A DNA stretch of 61,580 nucleotides from Chiloscyllium plagiosum (lineage: Eukaryota). The stretch lies in assembly GCF_004010195.1 (NCBI RefSeq), contig NC_057749.1:10587271-10648850 (forward strand), read 5' to 3'. Positions within the stretch are counted from its first letter, which is position 1. Each line of letters opens with the position of its first letter. The position numbers and the translations under genes are program-made. The notes under the pieces were generated by a model that worked only from the letters and a program-made list of their open reading frames with translations, was not told where the DNA came from and made no database searches. This document shows, one piece after another, positions 50,485 to 61,580 of this stretch.

Positions 50485-51268
50485 TCATAGAGTCATAGAG
50501 ATGTACAGCATGAAAACAGATCTTTCAGCCCAACTAGTCCATACCAACCAGATATCATAATTTAATCCAGTCCTATTTGCCAGCACTTGGTCCATATACC
50601 TCTAAACCCTTCATATTCATATACCCATTCAGATGCCTTTTAAATGCTGCAATTGTACCAGCCTCCACCACTTCCTCATTTCATACATGTACCACCCTCT
50701 GCGTGAAAAAGTTGCCTTTAGGTCCCTTTTAAATCTTTTCCCTCTCACCCTAAACCTATGCCTCTAGTTCTGAACTCCCCCAACCCAGTGAAAAGACCTT
50801 GTCTATTCATCCTATCCATGCCCCTCATGATTTTATAAATCTTTGTAAGGTCATCCCTCAGTCTCCGAGTCCAGGGAAAACAGCCCCAGCCTAATCATCC
50901 GCTCCCTGTAGCTCAAACCCTACAACCCTGGCAACATCCTTGTAAATCTTTTCTGAACCCTTTCAAGTTTCACAACATCCTTCCTATAAGAGGGTCATTT
51001 ACTCAATGCACTGACAATAAAGGAAAACATAATAAATGCCCTTTTCACTATCCTAACTACCTGCAACTCTACTTTCAAGGAACTATGAACCTGCACTCCA
51101 AGGTCTCTCTGTTCAGCAACACTCCCCAGGACCTTACTATTAAGTGTATAAGTCCTGCCCTGTTTTGCCTTTCCAAAATGAAGCACCTCACATTTATCCA
51201 AATTAACCTCCATCTGCCACTCCTCGGCCCGTTAGCCCATCTGATCAAGATCCAGTTGTATGCAGAGG
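50485..51268 (-). mobile_element. CR1-like LINE 3' fragment
   Basis: NLDKCEVLHFGKAKQGRTYTLN...QRDLGVQVHSSLKV. Confidence 0.9.
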
Positions 51269-51547
51269 TGTAAGCACTGACCCCAAACTGCATCCAAGTC
51301 TGTGATATTGTAGCTGTGCCAATAGTTAGTGTTGCTAATAAACTTCAAGACATCTGTCTCAACAAAAGCCTGACCCCCTCTGGCATGTTTTATGCAGACA
51401 AACATATAGAAATCCAGAAAATATATCAGTAATAATGGGAGCAAGTGGCAACTAACCTCTAGTACATGGCAGGAAGTGAAGGTTTAAGAGTGACAAGGCT
51501 TTGACAGTAAGGCATTTGCCAAAGTTAATGCTGGAACAACGTACAAC

Positions 51548-52100
51548 ACATGAACACAGAAAATAGGAACAACAGTAAGCCTTTACAGCCCTTGAATACG
51601 CTCCAACATTCAATAAGATCATGGCTGCTCCATTTGTGCTTTAAGTTCCACATCCCTGTCTACTCCCCGATAGCTTTTATTCCCTGCCCAACAAGGATTG
51701 ACCGACCTTCACCTTCAAAACATACAATGACCCGTCACCACCACTTTCTGAGACAGTCCACAGTTACCCTCAAAGAGAAAAAAACACTTCCCATTTCCAT
51801 CTGAAAGGGTGACCCCTAATTTTAAAACAGTGCCCCCAAGTTCTGTACCGTCCCACCAAAGAGAACATCCTTTCCACGTCCACCTTGTCAAAACCTTTCA
51901 GGATCTTACACACTTCAATCAAATCACTCCCTGTTCTTCTAACAACCAATGCAAACAAGCCCAGCCTCTATAACCTATCCTCATAAGTCAACTCACTCTT
52001 TCCCGGTTTCAACCACCTCTTCATCATCTCCAATGCACTTACATCCTTCCTTAAATAAGGAGACCAAAACTGCAGACAGTATTCAAGATGTAATCTCACC
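51548..52100 (-). mobile_element. CR1-like LINE 3' fragment
   Basis: DLIEVCKILKGFDKVDVERMF motif. Confidence 0.85.
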
Positions 52101-52528
52101 AGTAGGACTTGAACTCCGAGGCAGGAATACCACCCACTGTGCCACAAGAACTCCTCTTAATCCTCACAAAAAAAGATCTGCAGAGTTTAAGATTCTTAGA
52201 AGATTCAATTGTGTCCTTTGATCTTTTGGGTTGAGAATCCTAGATCTTTGCAAGTCGTTAGTTTTTATGAAAATGCTGTAGTGAAGGATTGATGGATATG
52301 AGGGCACTCATGTTGTTAGCTAAACAGTCTAAGACAGAGACTGAAAGGGAAGGAATTCTCTCAATCTGGAGAGTCAGGGTTTGAACCAGGACTGTAGTAA
52401 AGTGTGTAGTGTGAATAAAGAGTTGGAATAACTTTACCACGTCTACATCCAGATTATTGGTGGATTAGAGCAGTGAAAGCTGGCAAATCAAATCAGCAGT
52501 AGGGAGTCTGAGATAAACCAGGACACCG

Positions 52529-52862
52529 TGGGCGGCACGGTGGCACAGTGGTTAGCACTGCTGCCTCACAGCGCCAGAGACCCGGGTTCAATTCCCGCCT
52601 CAGGCGACTGACTGTGTGGAGTTTGCACGTTCTCCCTGTGTCTGCATGGGTTTCCTCCAGGTGCTCCGGTTTCCTCCCACAGTCCAAAGATGTGCAGGGT
52701 CAGGTGAATTGGCCATACTAAATTGCCTGTAGTGTTAGGTAAGGGGTAAATGTAGGGGTATGGGTGGGTTTCGCTTCGGCGGGTCGGTGTGGACTTGTTG
52801 GGCCGAAGGGCCTGTTTCCACACTGTAATCTAATCTAATCTAATCTAATCTAATCTAATCTA
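52529..52862 (+). mobile_element. Full-length young tRNA-derived SINE (HE1-like) with (TAATC)n tail and target-site duplication
   Basis: Head gggcggcacggtggcacagtggttagc...gggttcaattccc (A/B boxes), CR1-like 3' end and (taatc)7 tail. taaaccagg(a/t)cac occurs on both sides. Confidence 0.95.
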
Positions 52863-53053
52863 AACCAGGTCACAGCTGCAGAAGTCCCTTTAGCTCTTCC
52901 TGATTCCAAACCGAATGCTTCCCGATTTCACCCATACACGACCAAGTTCTCACTTTAAGGTTACAATGCCTTGTTCTGATTCCTCTCTATACCTGCCCCT
53001 TCAAATTCTTTTTGCCATTTTAAACATATGTTGGAGGCTGACATTTACCAAGA

Positions 53054-53590
53054 TAGAATACTGTGTCCAGCTCTGGTCACCCTGTTACAGGAAGGATATT
53101 ACTCAGCTGGACAAAGTTCTGAAGAGATTTACTGGGATGTTCACAGTGTGGAAGGTTTCACTTATAAAGAAAGGCTGAAGAGGCTGAGACTTTTTTCACT
53201 GGAGCGTAGGAGATTGAGAGGTGACCTTATAGAAGTTTATAAAATAATGAGGGGCATAGACAGGGTTAATGTTAGTTGTCCTTTCCCTAGGATGGGGGAT
53301 TTCAAGACTCGGAGGAGCATTTTTAAGGCAAGAGGAGAGAGATTTTAAAAAAGACATGAAGGACAAAACGTTTACACAGAAGGTGGTTCCCGTGTGGAAT
53401 GAACTCCCTGAGGAAGTGACGGATGTGGGTACACTTACAACGTTTAAAGGACATTTGGGTAAGTACATAAATAGGAAAGGTCTGGAGGGACATAGGCCAA
53501 GAATGGGCAGATAGGACTAGTTTAGTTTGGGATTATGTTTGGCGTGGACTAGTTGGACCGAAGGGTGTGTTTCTGTGCTGTATGACTGTA
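53054..53590 (+). mobile_element. CR1-like LINE 3' fragment
   Basis: EYCVQLWSPCYRKD...RRRLRGDLIEVYKIMRG. Confidence 0.9.
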
Positions 53591-53699
53591 TAAGAACAAC
53601 AGAGAAGACAAGGAAGGGACAAAATGAGGAACAAACTGGCAGCAGCATGTTGCAAAGAACAAAGATGAAAGTTCTTTTGGACAGCAAATGCAAAAGGTT

Positions 53700-54248
53700 C
53701 AAAGTTTGTGAGAAGATTTGTAGCTCAGGTGCTCGTTGTTGTGGTTCTGTTCGCCGAGCTGAGAATTTGTGTTGCAGACATTTCGTCCCCTGTCTCGGTG
53801 ACATCCTCAGTGCTTGGGAGCCTCCTGTGAAGCGCTTCTGTGATGTTTCCTCTGGCATTTATAGTGATTTGTATCTGCCGCTTCCGGTTGTCAGCTCCAG
53901 CAGTCCGCTGCAGTGACCAGTATATTGGGTCCAGGTTGATGTGTTTGTTGATAGAATCTGTGGATGAGTGCCATGCCTCTAGGAATTCCCTGGCTGTTCT
54001 CTGTTTGGCTTGTCCTATAATAGTAGTGTTGTCCCAGTCGAACTCATGTTGCTTGTCATCCGCGTGTGTGGCTACTAAGGATAGCTGGTCGTGTCGTTTC
54101 GTGGCTAGTTGGTGCTGATGGATACGGATTGTTAGCTGTCTTCCTGTTTGTCCTATGTAGTGTTTTGTGCAGTCCTTGCATCGGAGTTTGTACACTACGT
54201 TGGTTTTGCTCATGCTGGGTATCGGGTCCTTTGTCCTGGTGAGTTGAT
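53700..54248 (-). mobile_element. Penelope-like element 3' end (GIY-YIG domain), second Poseidon-type family
   Basis: ORF 53725-54213 reads NVVYKLRCKDCTKHYIGQTGRQLTIRIHQH...REFLEAWHS...SINKH. Hammerhead core CTGAGGA-tgtcacc...gggac-GAAA-TGTC at 53777-53810. Confidence 0.93.
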
Positions 54249-54269
54249 GTAATCATGTTCCTGTAATCA

Positions 54270-54555
54270 TTAAAAGCACAGAAATAGAAAACACACACCG
54301 GATCATCAACGCCACACTCAGAGGAATCCGATTCACTAGAGAGGAAGAAAAGGACAACCAACTCCCATTCCTAGACGTGATGGAATTTCATCAACAGATG
54401 CCTAAGGGAAAGACAACGGAATGAGGACATGCCACAGCCCAAAGGACGAGCCACACTATCATACATCAAAACATTTCTGGACTGACAGCCAGACTACTGC
54501 GACCACTAGGACTTATAACAGCACACAAACCAACAGACACTCTCAGACAACAACT
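54270..54555 (+). mobile_element. Inverted upstream fragment of the same PLE (RT end and linker, internally deleted)
   Basis: Encodes IRFTREEEKDNQLPFLDV and ARLLRPLGLITAHKPTDTLRQQL. It ends at the element position where the minus-strand part begins (QLTRTKDP). Confidence 0.85.
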
Positions 54556-55329
54556 ATTTCAGATAAAAATGCTCAAATTTTCTTTGGTTGCATTCAAAGA
54601 TGACAGTATGCCTAACGGATAGGGCAAAACTTGGAAACACTTGATGTTAAAGAAGAAAACAAAAGACTGAATGGTTTTTTTTTGGAGAACGACCACCACC
54701 ACCACCCCCCACAAGAACTGACGATAAATCAAAATGTAATTAGGTTTGAGAAAAGCTTCAGATATCCAAGTTCGGGAACAATTAATAAGAACTCACTTGG
54801 ATGAAAAGCCGTGATAATCCAGGGGAGGGACACATCCCAAAGGTTTTAATTCACCGCAGTCACTTCACAAAGTAAAGGTTGATTTCTTTCCTCTCAGAAC
54901 CAAAAACCTGTTACATTTAAGGCATCTGAACACCACGAGATATAGTGGATAGGTCAAAGGATGTGGAGTGCAGGAATCATTCCTGAAAAATATCAATAGT
55001 TTGAGAGCCACTGGAAACTTTTGCAACTGGTACAATGTGAAAAAAGAAATGGTCACTTTTTCACATAAATAGCAACTTGAAGCAATTTGTTTTAAAAGCA
55101 CCATAGTCTGTTTTTTAAAAATATTCTTTCATGGACGTTAAATGTTGCTATGTTAATTGTCCACCCTGAACTGCCCTTGAACTGAATGACTTGCTAGGGC
55201 CACTTCAGGTGGCAAAAGTCAACCACATAGAATCATATAATAGAATCCTTACGGTGTGGAAGCAAGCCATTCAGCCCATCAAGTCCACACTAACCTTCTG
55301 AATAGAGCATAGCAATAGATTGCTGTGGC

Positions 55330-55511
55330 AAAAATGCGTACTGCAGATGCTGGAAATCAGAGTCTAGATTAGTTTGGTGCAGGAAAAGCAGAGCAGGTCA
55401 GGCAGCATCCAAGGAGTATTCCTGATGAAGGGCTCCTGCCCGAAACATCGATTTTCCTGCTCCTCAGATGCTGCTTGACCTGCTGTGCCTTTCCAGCACC
55501 ACTCTAATCTA
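55330..55511. mobile_element. Fold-back PLE-derived mini-element, family B
   Basis: tagattagtttggtgcaggaaaagca... is inverted against ...ttccagcaccactctaatcta. Core CTGATGA-agggc-tcct-gccc-GAAA-CATC at 55422-55449; unpaired left tail. atagattgctgtg occurs on both flanks. Confidence 0.8.
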
Positions 55512-55825
55512 CACATAGATTGCTGTGTGTCTGGAGTCACATGTAGGCTAGATGGGGCAAGAACAGCTGATTTCCTTCCCTCAAGAACAGTAATGATACC
55601 AGTGGGCTTTGGCAAACATTGATGACCATTTCATTATCACCATTACTGATACAAGTTTGCAACTGCAGCCTTTTTCTTAAAAAAAACATTCATTGAATCT
55701 AATTCCACCAGCTGTAGCTGGGTTAGCTATAGACATGTGGCCTCCATCATCAGCCTAAATCTTTGGAAACTAATCTCATAACATTACCACAATGCCATCA
55801 TAATACAGTCCACATATAGAATATA

Positions 55826-56148
55826 GTTGCTCAGTGGTTAGCACTGCTGCCTCCCAGCACCTGGGACCTGGGTTCAACTCTACACTCGGGCGACTGTCTG
55901 TGTGGAGTTTGCACATTCTCTCCATGTCTGCGTGGGTTTCCTCCGGGTGCTCTGGCATCCTCCCACAGGTTAGGGTGGATTGGCAGTGCTAAATTGCCCG
56001 TAGTGTCTAGGGATGCATAACTCAGTGGATTAGCCCATGGGAAATGCAGGGTGATTGGATAGAGGGGTGGGTCTTGAGGGGGATGGTCTTCGGAGGGTTG
56101 GTGCAGACTCTAAGGGCTGAATGGCCTGCCCCCATGTTGTAGGATATC
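55826..56148 (+). mobile_element. HE1-like SINE
   Basis: gctcagtggttagcactgctgcc head; body includes tggattagcccatgggaaatgc. Confidence 0.85.
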
Positions 56149-56539
56149 TATCTGCTTTACCTGCATTGCTCACTATCAGTTTGAAACACTTGGAAGAGTG
56201 ATGGAGATTCACTGTTTTGTCGAAGTTGACACAATTTGTGACATGTGCAGCAAAAGGCCAACATTCATCGGAACGATAAAAGGCTGATAAAACACAAAAA
56301 CTGAAATTAACACTGGCACTTCAATAGGAAGTGAAGAATTGCATTTATCTAGCATCCTGCTCATTCCCAGAAACATCCTGATGCCCACTGCTGTAAGGAA
56401 CGTTGCGGGTGGTTGTGACAGTCATTTTGTCTCCAAAACCCAGCCATTCCAAATACATAGCATTAAAGATCACAGGCTGTGGGAAGGATTAAACAATCTG
56501 GATGTAGGTTTGCTCGCTGAGCTGCAAGGTTCGTTTTCA

Positions 56540-56573
56540 GATGTTTCATCACCATACTAGGTAACATCATCAG
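56540..56573 (-). ncRNA. Minimal hammerhead ribozyme motif in a PLE 3' end
   Basis: CTGATGA-t-gttacc-tagtat-ggtgat-GAAA-CATC. PLE pseudo-LTRs are known to carry minimal hammerheads. Confidence 0.65.
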
Positions 56574-57466
56574 TGAGCCTCCGGATGAAGCACTGGTGGT
56601 ATGGCCCGCTTTCTATTTATGTGTTTCAGTTTCCTTGGGTTGGTGATGTAATTTCCTGTGGTGATGCCATTTACTGTTCTTTTTCTCAGGGGGTGATAAA
56701 TCGGGTCCAAGTCAATGTGTTTGTTGATAGAGTTCTGGTTGGAACGCCAAGCTTCTAGGAATTCTCGTGTGTGTCTCTGTTTGGCTTGTCCTAGGATGGA
56801 TGTTTTGTCCCAGTCAAAGTGGTGTCCTTCCTCATCTATATGTAAGGATACTAGTGAGAGAGGGTCATATCTTTTTGTGGCTATTTGATGTTCATGTATC
56901 CTGTTGGCTAGACTTCTGCCTGTTTGTCCAATGTCGTATTTGTTACAGTACTTGCAAGGTATTTTGTAAATGACATTAGTTTTGCTTGTTGTCTGTATGG
57001 TGTCTTTCAAGTTCATTAGCTGCTGCTTTAGGGTGTTGGTGGGTTTGTGGGCTACCATGATGCCAAGGGGTCTGAGTAGTCTGGCAGTCATTTCTGAGAT
57101 GTCTTTGATGTAGGGGAGAGTGGCTAGGGTTTCTGGACGCATTTTGTCTGCTTGTTTGGGTTTGTTGCTGAGAAATCGGTGGACTGTGTTAATTGGGTAC
57201 CAGTTCTTTTTGAATACACGGTATAGGTGATTTTCCTCTGCTCTGCATAGTTCCTCTGTGTTGCAATGTGTGGTGGCTCATTGAAATAATGTTCTAATGC
57301 AGCTACATTTATGGGTGTTGGGATGATTGCTTCTGTAATTCAATATTTGGTCCGTATGTGTTGTTTTCCTGTAGACGCTGGTTTGAAGTTCCCCATTGGC
57401 TGTTCACTCTACTGTGACATCTAGGAATGGCAGTTTGTTGTTGTTTTCCTCCTCTTTCGTGAATTT

Positions 57467-57775
57467 TATTAGATTAGCTACAGTGTGGAAACAGGCCCTT
57501 CGGCCCAACAAGTCCACACCGTCCCACCGAAGCGAACCCGCCCAGACCCATTCTTTTCCATTTACCCCCTCACCTAACACTACGAGCAATTTAGCATGGC
57601 CAATTCACCTAATCTGCACATTTTTGTACTGTGGGAGGAAACCGGAGCACCTGGAGGAAACCCATGCAGACACGGGGAGAATGTGCAAACTCCACACAGA
57701 CAGTTGCCTGAGGTGGGAATTGAACCCGGGTCTCTGGTGCTGTGAGGCAGCAGTGCTAACCACCGTGCTGCCCAT
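57467..57775 (-). mobile_element. HE1-like SINE nested in the PLE RT region
   Basis: Full SINE; aattttat on both flanks; interrupts the PLE near KFTKEEENN. Confidence 0.92.
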
Positions 57776-58390
57776 AAAATTTTATAGCAGCGGTGGGTAC
57801 CCTTATGCCAGTAAAGGTATTATTAGTGGTCATGAAGGTTTCCTCTAATTTGTTTCTTTTAGCAATGACAAAGGTGCCATCCTGTAGCAGGTTTGGGTTG
57901 GATGGTTGGCAGAGCTGTTTTCTCGAGTCTCTACATTACTGCCTCTGCTAAGTACTCTGATATCGGAGATCCCATGGGTGTTCCATTGGCTTGTCTGCAG
58001 GTTTTGTTGTTGAAGGTGAAGGGTGTGGTAAAGCATAGGTCCACTAGCTTGACGATATTGTCCTTGCTGATGAAGTTGGTGGTGTTTGGTGTATGTATCT
58101 TTGGGTCTTCTCATAGTGTAGTCAGTGTTTCCTTGACTAGATTGATGTTGATGGATGTGACCAGGGCTGTTACGTCAGAGGAGACCATTATTTGATCCTC
58201 TTCTATCTTGGTGTCTTTGATGGTCTTCAGGAATTCTTGGGTGGAGTGGATGGAGTGGCGTGAGTCTTCTACTAATTGTTTTAGTCTTTGGTGTAATTCC
58301 TTGGCCAATCTCTAAGTTGGTGTTCCAGGTAGCGAGACTATGGGTCTGAGGGGGGCTCCTGGTTTGTGAATTTTGGGTAATCCATAGAAA

Positions 58391-60003
58391 TCTCCCCTTA
58401 ACACTAGCCAAAAGAATAGCAGAGCCAAAGGGCTGCAGAATGCTTAGAGAAATGATTAATGATGCACACAACAGACTCAGTAAATACAACCGAGAAATTT
58501 CGTGCGAAAAATCTTTACTCACTAATGCAACAGACATGAATGGACAGACACAGTACAACAAACCATAGACATTAGACAGCAACAAACACAGAAAATGAAA
58601 AAAAAAACTAGACCTGCTGAAAAATCTAGACAAACTTACACAAAATAACAACACCAACAATACAGAAGCATGGATTAAAAAACAGATCTGACTGACCCTT
58701 AACAGACACTGAAAAAGCCGTCTTAGTAACAGGATTAAATTACAACTTTCAGGATGCGGACAAGAAAGAGTTCTTAGCAGCATTAGAAACAACACTGAAA
58801 GACAACCAACTCACAGAAGAAACCCAGCAAACCATCAGACAGACAGTTGCACCAAAATTAAGCAGGAAAAAGGAAGGAAACACACTCAATATACAAGAAA
58901 GGAAAGTTCTAGAAAGTCTAAATGAAGATAAAAACAATGTTATCCTATCTGCAGACAAAGGATGCTTGACAGTCATTTTAAATCAAAGAGGCTACATTGA
59001 GAAAGTGAATGCACTACTTGCAGATACCAACACTTAACAACAAGTGACAATAGACCCAACCCCACAACTACAGAACTGAATCACAGCCCTATTCAAAAAA
59101 CTTCAGAAATCTGGACAAATAAATAAGATCGACTTCCAAAAAATGATGGATCCAAAACACCACACTTCTACAAATTACCCAAAATTCACAAACCAGGAGC
59201 CCCCCTCAGACCCATAGTCTCGCTACCTGGAACATCAACTTACAGATTGGCCAAGGAATTACACCAAAGACTAAAACAATTAGTAGAAGACTCACGCCAC
59301 TCCATCCACTCCACCCAAGAATTCCTGAAGACCATCAGAGACACCAAGATAGAACAGGATCAAATAATGGTCTCCTCTAATGTAACAGCCCTGTTCACAT
59401 CCATCAACATCAACCTAGCCAAGGAAACACGGACTACACTATGAGAAGAACCAAAGACACATACACCAAACACCACCAACTTCATCAGCAAGGGCAACAG
59501 CATCAAGCTAGTGGACCTATGCTTTACCACACACTTCACCTTCAACAACAAAACCTGCAGATAAACCAACGGAACACCCATGGGATCTCCGATATCAGGA
59601 TTCTTAGCAGGGGCAGTAATGCAGAGGCTCAAACAAACAGTTCTACCAATCATCCAACCCAAACCTTGGGTCCGCTACGTGGATGACACCTTTGTCATCA
59701 TTAAATGAAACAAGTTTGAGGAAACCTTCAAGATCATTAATAATATCCTTACTGGCATAAACTTCACTAAAGAGGAGGATAACAACAACAAACTGCCATT
59801 CCTAGATGTCACTGTAGAGCAAACAGCCAATGAGGAACGTCAAACCTGCGTCTACAGGAAAACATACTGACCAAATACTGAACTACAGAAGCAATCATCC
59901 TAACACACACAAACGAAGCTGCATTAGAACATTATTTCAATGAGCCACCGCACACTGCAGCACAGAGGAACTACAAAGAGCAGACAAAAATCACCTATAC
60001 AGT
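58391..60003 (+). mobile_element. Inverted 5' part of the same Penelope-like family (N-terminal region and RT)
   Basis: Encodes ADKG, PKIHKPGAPLRPIVS, GTPMGSPIS, WVRYVDDTF and LPFLDV, with stops and frameshifts. Segment ~59165-60003 is the reverse complement of ~57222-58390, excluding the SINE. Confidence 0.92.
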
Positions 60004-60004
60004 T

Positions 60005-60163
60005 TAGAACATAGAACATAGAAGAATACAGCGCAGTACAGGCCCTTTGGCCCTCGATGTTGCGCCAATCCAAGCCCACCTAACCTATACTAACCCACTA
60101 TCCTCCATATACCTATCCAATGCCCGCTTAAATGCCCATAAAGAGGGAGAGTCCACCACTGCT
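60005..60163 (-). mobile_element. CR1 3' end with (TTCTATG)n tail
   Basis: agaacatagaacatagaagaatacagcgcagtacaggccc. Confidence 0.8.
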
Positions 60164-60669
60164 AACCTTACAGCCTGTTTTATACTGTATTTCAATGTCC
60201 TTCCTACCGAAGTGCATCACCTCACACTGCTCTGCATTAATCCTCATCTGCCATAAACCTGAAAACTACACCAATGTGTCACTGTCCTGTTGGAGTTCCA
60301 CACTGTCCATCACAAACATTATAATTCTTCCAGGTTTAGTATCTGCATATTTTGAAATTGTCCTACAGTCACACACCACACAGAAATACCGATTCACTCA
60401 CTATTGTGAGGAAGTGCACTATTCACACACTCCCTGAGGACAGACTTAAATACTGACACCCACCAGACAAAGCAAGTGAAATGCTGACAAGGTCACCCTG
60501 GAGCAAGAGAAATACCGACAGACATTCCATGTCTGTATTAGTTTCTGCGTATTAATGAGTTTCTCTAAATCTCTGTATCAGTGTGTGTGTGTATATCTGT
60601 GTGTGTCTGCGTGGGACGAGTCTGGCAGTCACTATGGTGCTTACAGTGATGTAATATCCACCTGACACG

Positions 60670-60748
60670 AGTTCTGAGGAAGGGTCACTCGACCTAAAAC
60701 GTTAACTTTCATTTCTGTCCACAGATGCTGCCAGACCTGCTGAGCTTT
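60670..60748 (+). mobile_element. PLE 3' arm of another family with a degenerate hammerhead
   Basis: CTGAGGA-agggtc-actc-gacc-taaaa-cgtt, then cacagatgctgccagacctgctgag. Related arms occur at ~7878-7967 (+), ~13930-14050 (-), ~18820-18923 (-), ~37120-37208 (+) and ~37341-37435 (+). Confidence 0.55.
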
Positions 60749-60869
60749 ATTTTGCTGTCAGTCTCTGCTCGTCTCCCCCCAGCACTGTACAGCTTGGAGT
60801 GGAGGGTAAAAATCATCAGAGATTCAGTTTACGAGGGACAGAGGGAGGGCAGCAGCTCACAGCATCATC

Positions 60870-61015
60870 AACAAACACACACACACACACACAAACACAC
60901 AGACAGTCACAGGCACACAGACACACACACACTCAGAGAAATAGACACATAACATGTGCAGAGAGATAGATACACACAGAGGGGCACACAGATATACATA
61001 TAAACGCACACAAAT
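60870..61015. repeat. Imperfect (CA)n microsatellite
   Basis: Visible CA runs. Confidence 0.85.
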
Positions 61016-61069
61016 AGACAAGTGCGGACAGAAATGCGCAGATACATGCTTGGACATACAAACACACTT

Positions 61070-61580
61070 GGAGTCAGAGAGTTACACTGAGTGTTTGTAA
61101 ACAGACCTATCGGCCCATACAGTCCATGCGGATGATAATCTCAATCTAAGCCAGTCCCACTTGCATGTGCTTGGATCATATTTTCCCAAACCTTCCCTTA
61201 TACTTGCACTTAATCAAATGTCTTTTAAACGTTGTAACTTTACCCACACCCATCACTTCTCAGGACGTTCGTTCCATACACGAACCAAATGATGTGTAAT
61301 CACAACGCACTTCATGGGCACTGATCAGGGGTACACGAGAACTCAGTGGGAAGCTTGGGAAGTAAGTGCTGGGAATCTTGATGACATGTACTTATCATCA
61401 ACAGCCGAAGGAATAATGCAGGAAGACATGAGGCTGATTTACGTGGTGCCATTATTATACAAATTGGGATGGAAAAGGCAGGGAACAACAGACCGGTGAG
61501 CATGACATCGGTGGTGGGCAAGATGTTGGAGAGAATCCTGAGGGACAGGATGTACATGTATTTGGAAAGGCAAGGACTGA
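61070..61580. mobile_element. CR1 fragments: 3' end on minus (~61070-61295) and an internal ORF2 piece on plus (~61320-61580)
   Basis: The plus piece resembles the CR1 RT-upstream motifs (VVPLLYK...RPVSMTSVVGKMLERILRDRM). Confidence 0.75.

Larger units (their letters stand above)
56498..58390 (-). mobile_element. Penelope-like element (Poseidon-type), decayed RT and GIY-YIG endonuclease, 5'-truncated
   Basis: ORF fragments LPYIKDISE...NVIYKIPCKYCNKYDIGQTGR...REFLEAW...SINKH (GIY-YIG), and RT pieces PKIHKPGAPLRPIVS, MVSSDV, GTPMGSPIS and LPFLDV. Contains stops and a nested SINE. Confidence 0.93.

Noticed and set aside
52529..52610. tRNA gene
   Set aside because: The A/B boxes belong to SINE heads that continue into SINE body and tail; none is a stand-alone tRNA.

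Overview
Repeat-dense vertebrate genomic DNA. The repeat set (CR1-like LINE 3' ends, HE1-like tRNA SINEs with (TAATC)n tails, Deu-domain SINEs, Penelope-like elements) suggests a shark or other cartilaginous fish; this is inference. One host gene is supported, on the minus strand. Its candidate first coding exon (30198-30215), 179-nt exon (20395-20573) and 58-nt exon with a GC donor (16796-16853) splice in frame to MLKGGC-LQQDRVSLPSYDALAQILPEYNYLFRSPRPMEK...SSKKR-EPLTDDHAENQEIRRHETE. From recall this resembles the N-terminus of non-mammalian TSPOAP1/RIM-binding protein (tentative), and an RFX X-box lies upstream. The rest is intronic or upstream DNA. Three things stand out. (1) Many Penelope-like element (PLE) 3' ends carry minimal hammerhead ribozyme cores (CUGANGA-stem II-GAAA), including at least five ~200-bp fold-back palindromes; two of these share the same 15-nt central spacer geometry, as if the palindrome had moved as a unit. 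(2) Two longer PLE insertions have twin-priming-like inverted 5' parts, one with an ~840-bp inverted duplication whose arms share disabling mutations. (3) A nearly homogeneous ~61-copy 51-bp tandem array has grown out of a SINE body. The long ORFs in the track come from this array or from N-gaps. Repeat boundaries are read by eye and are approximate.
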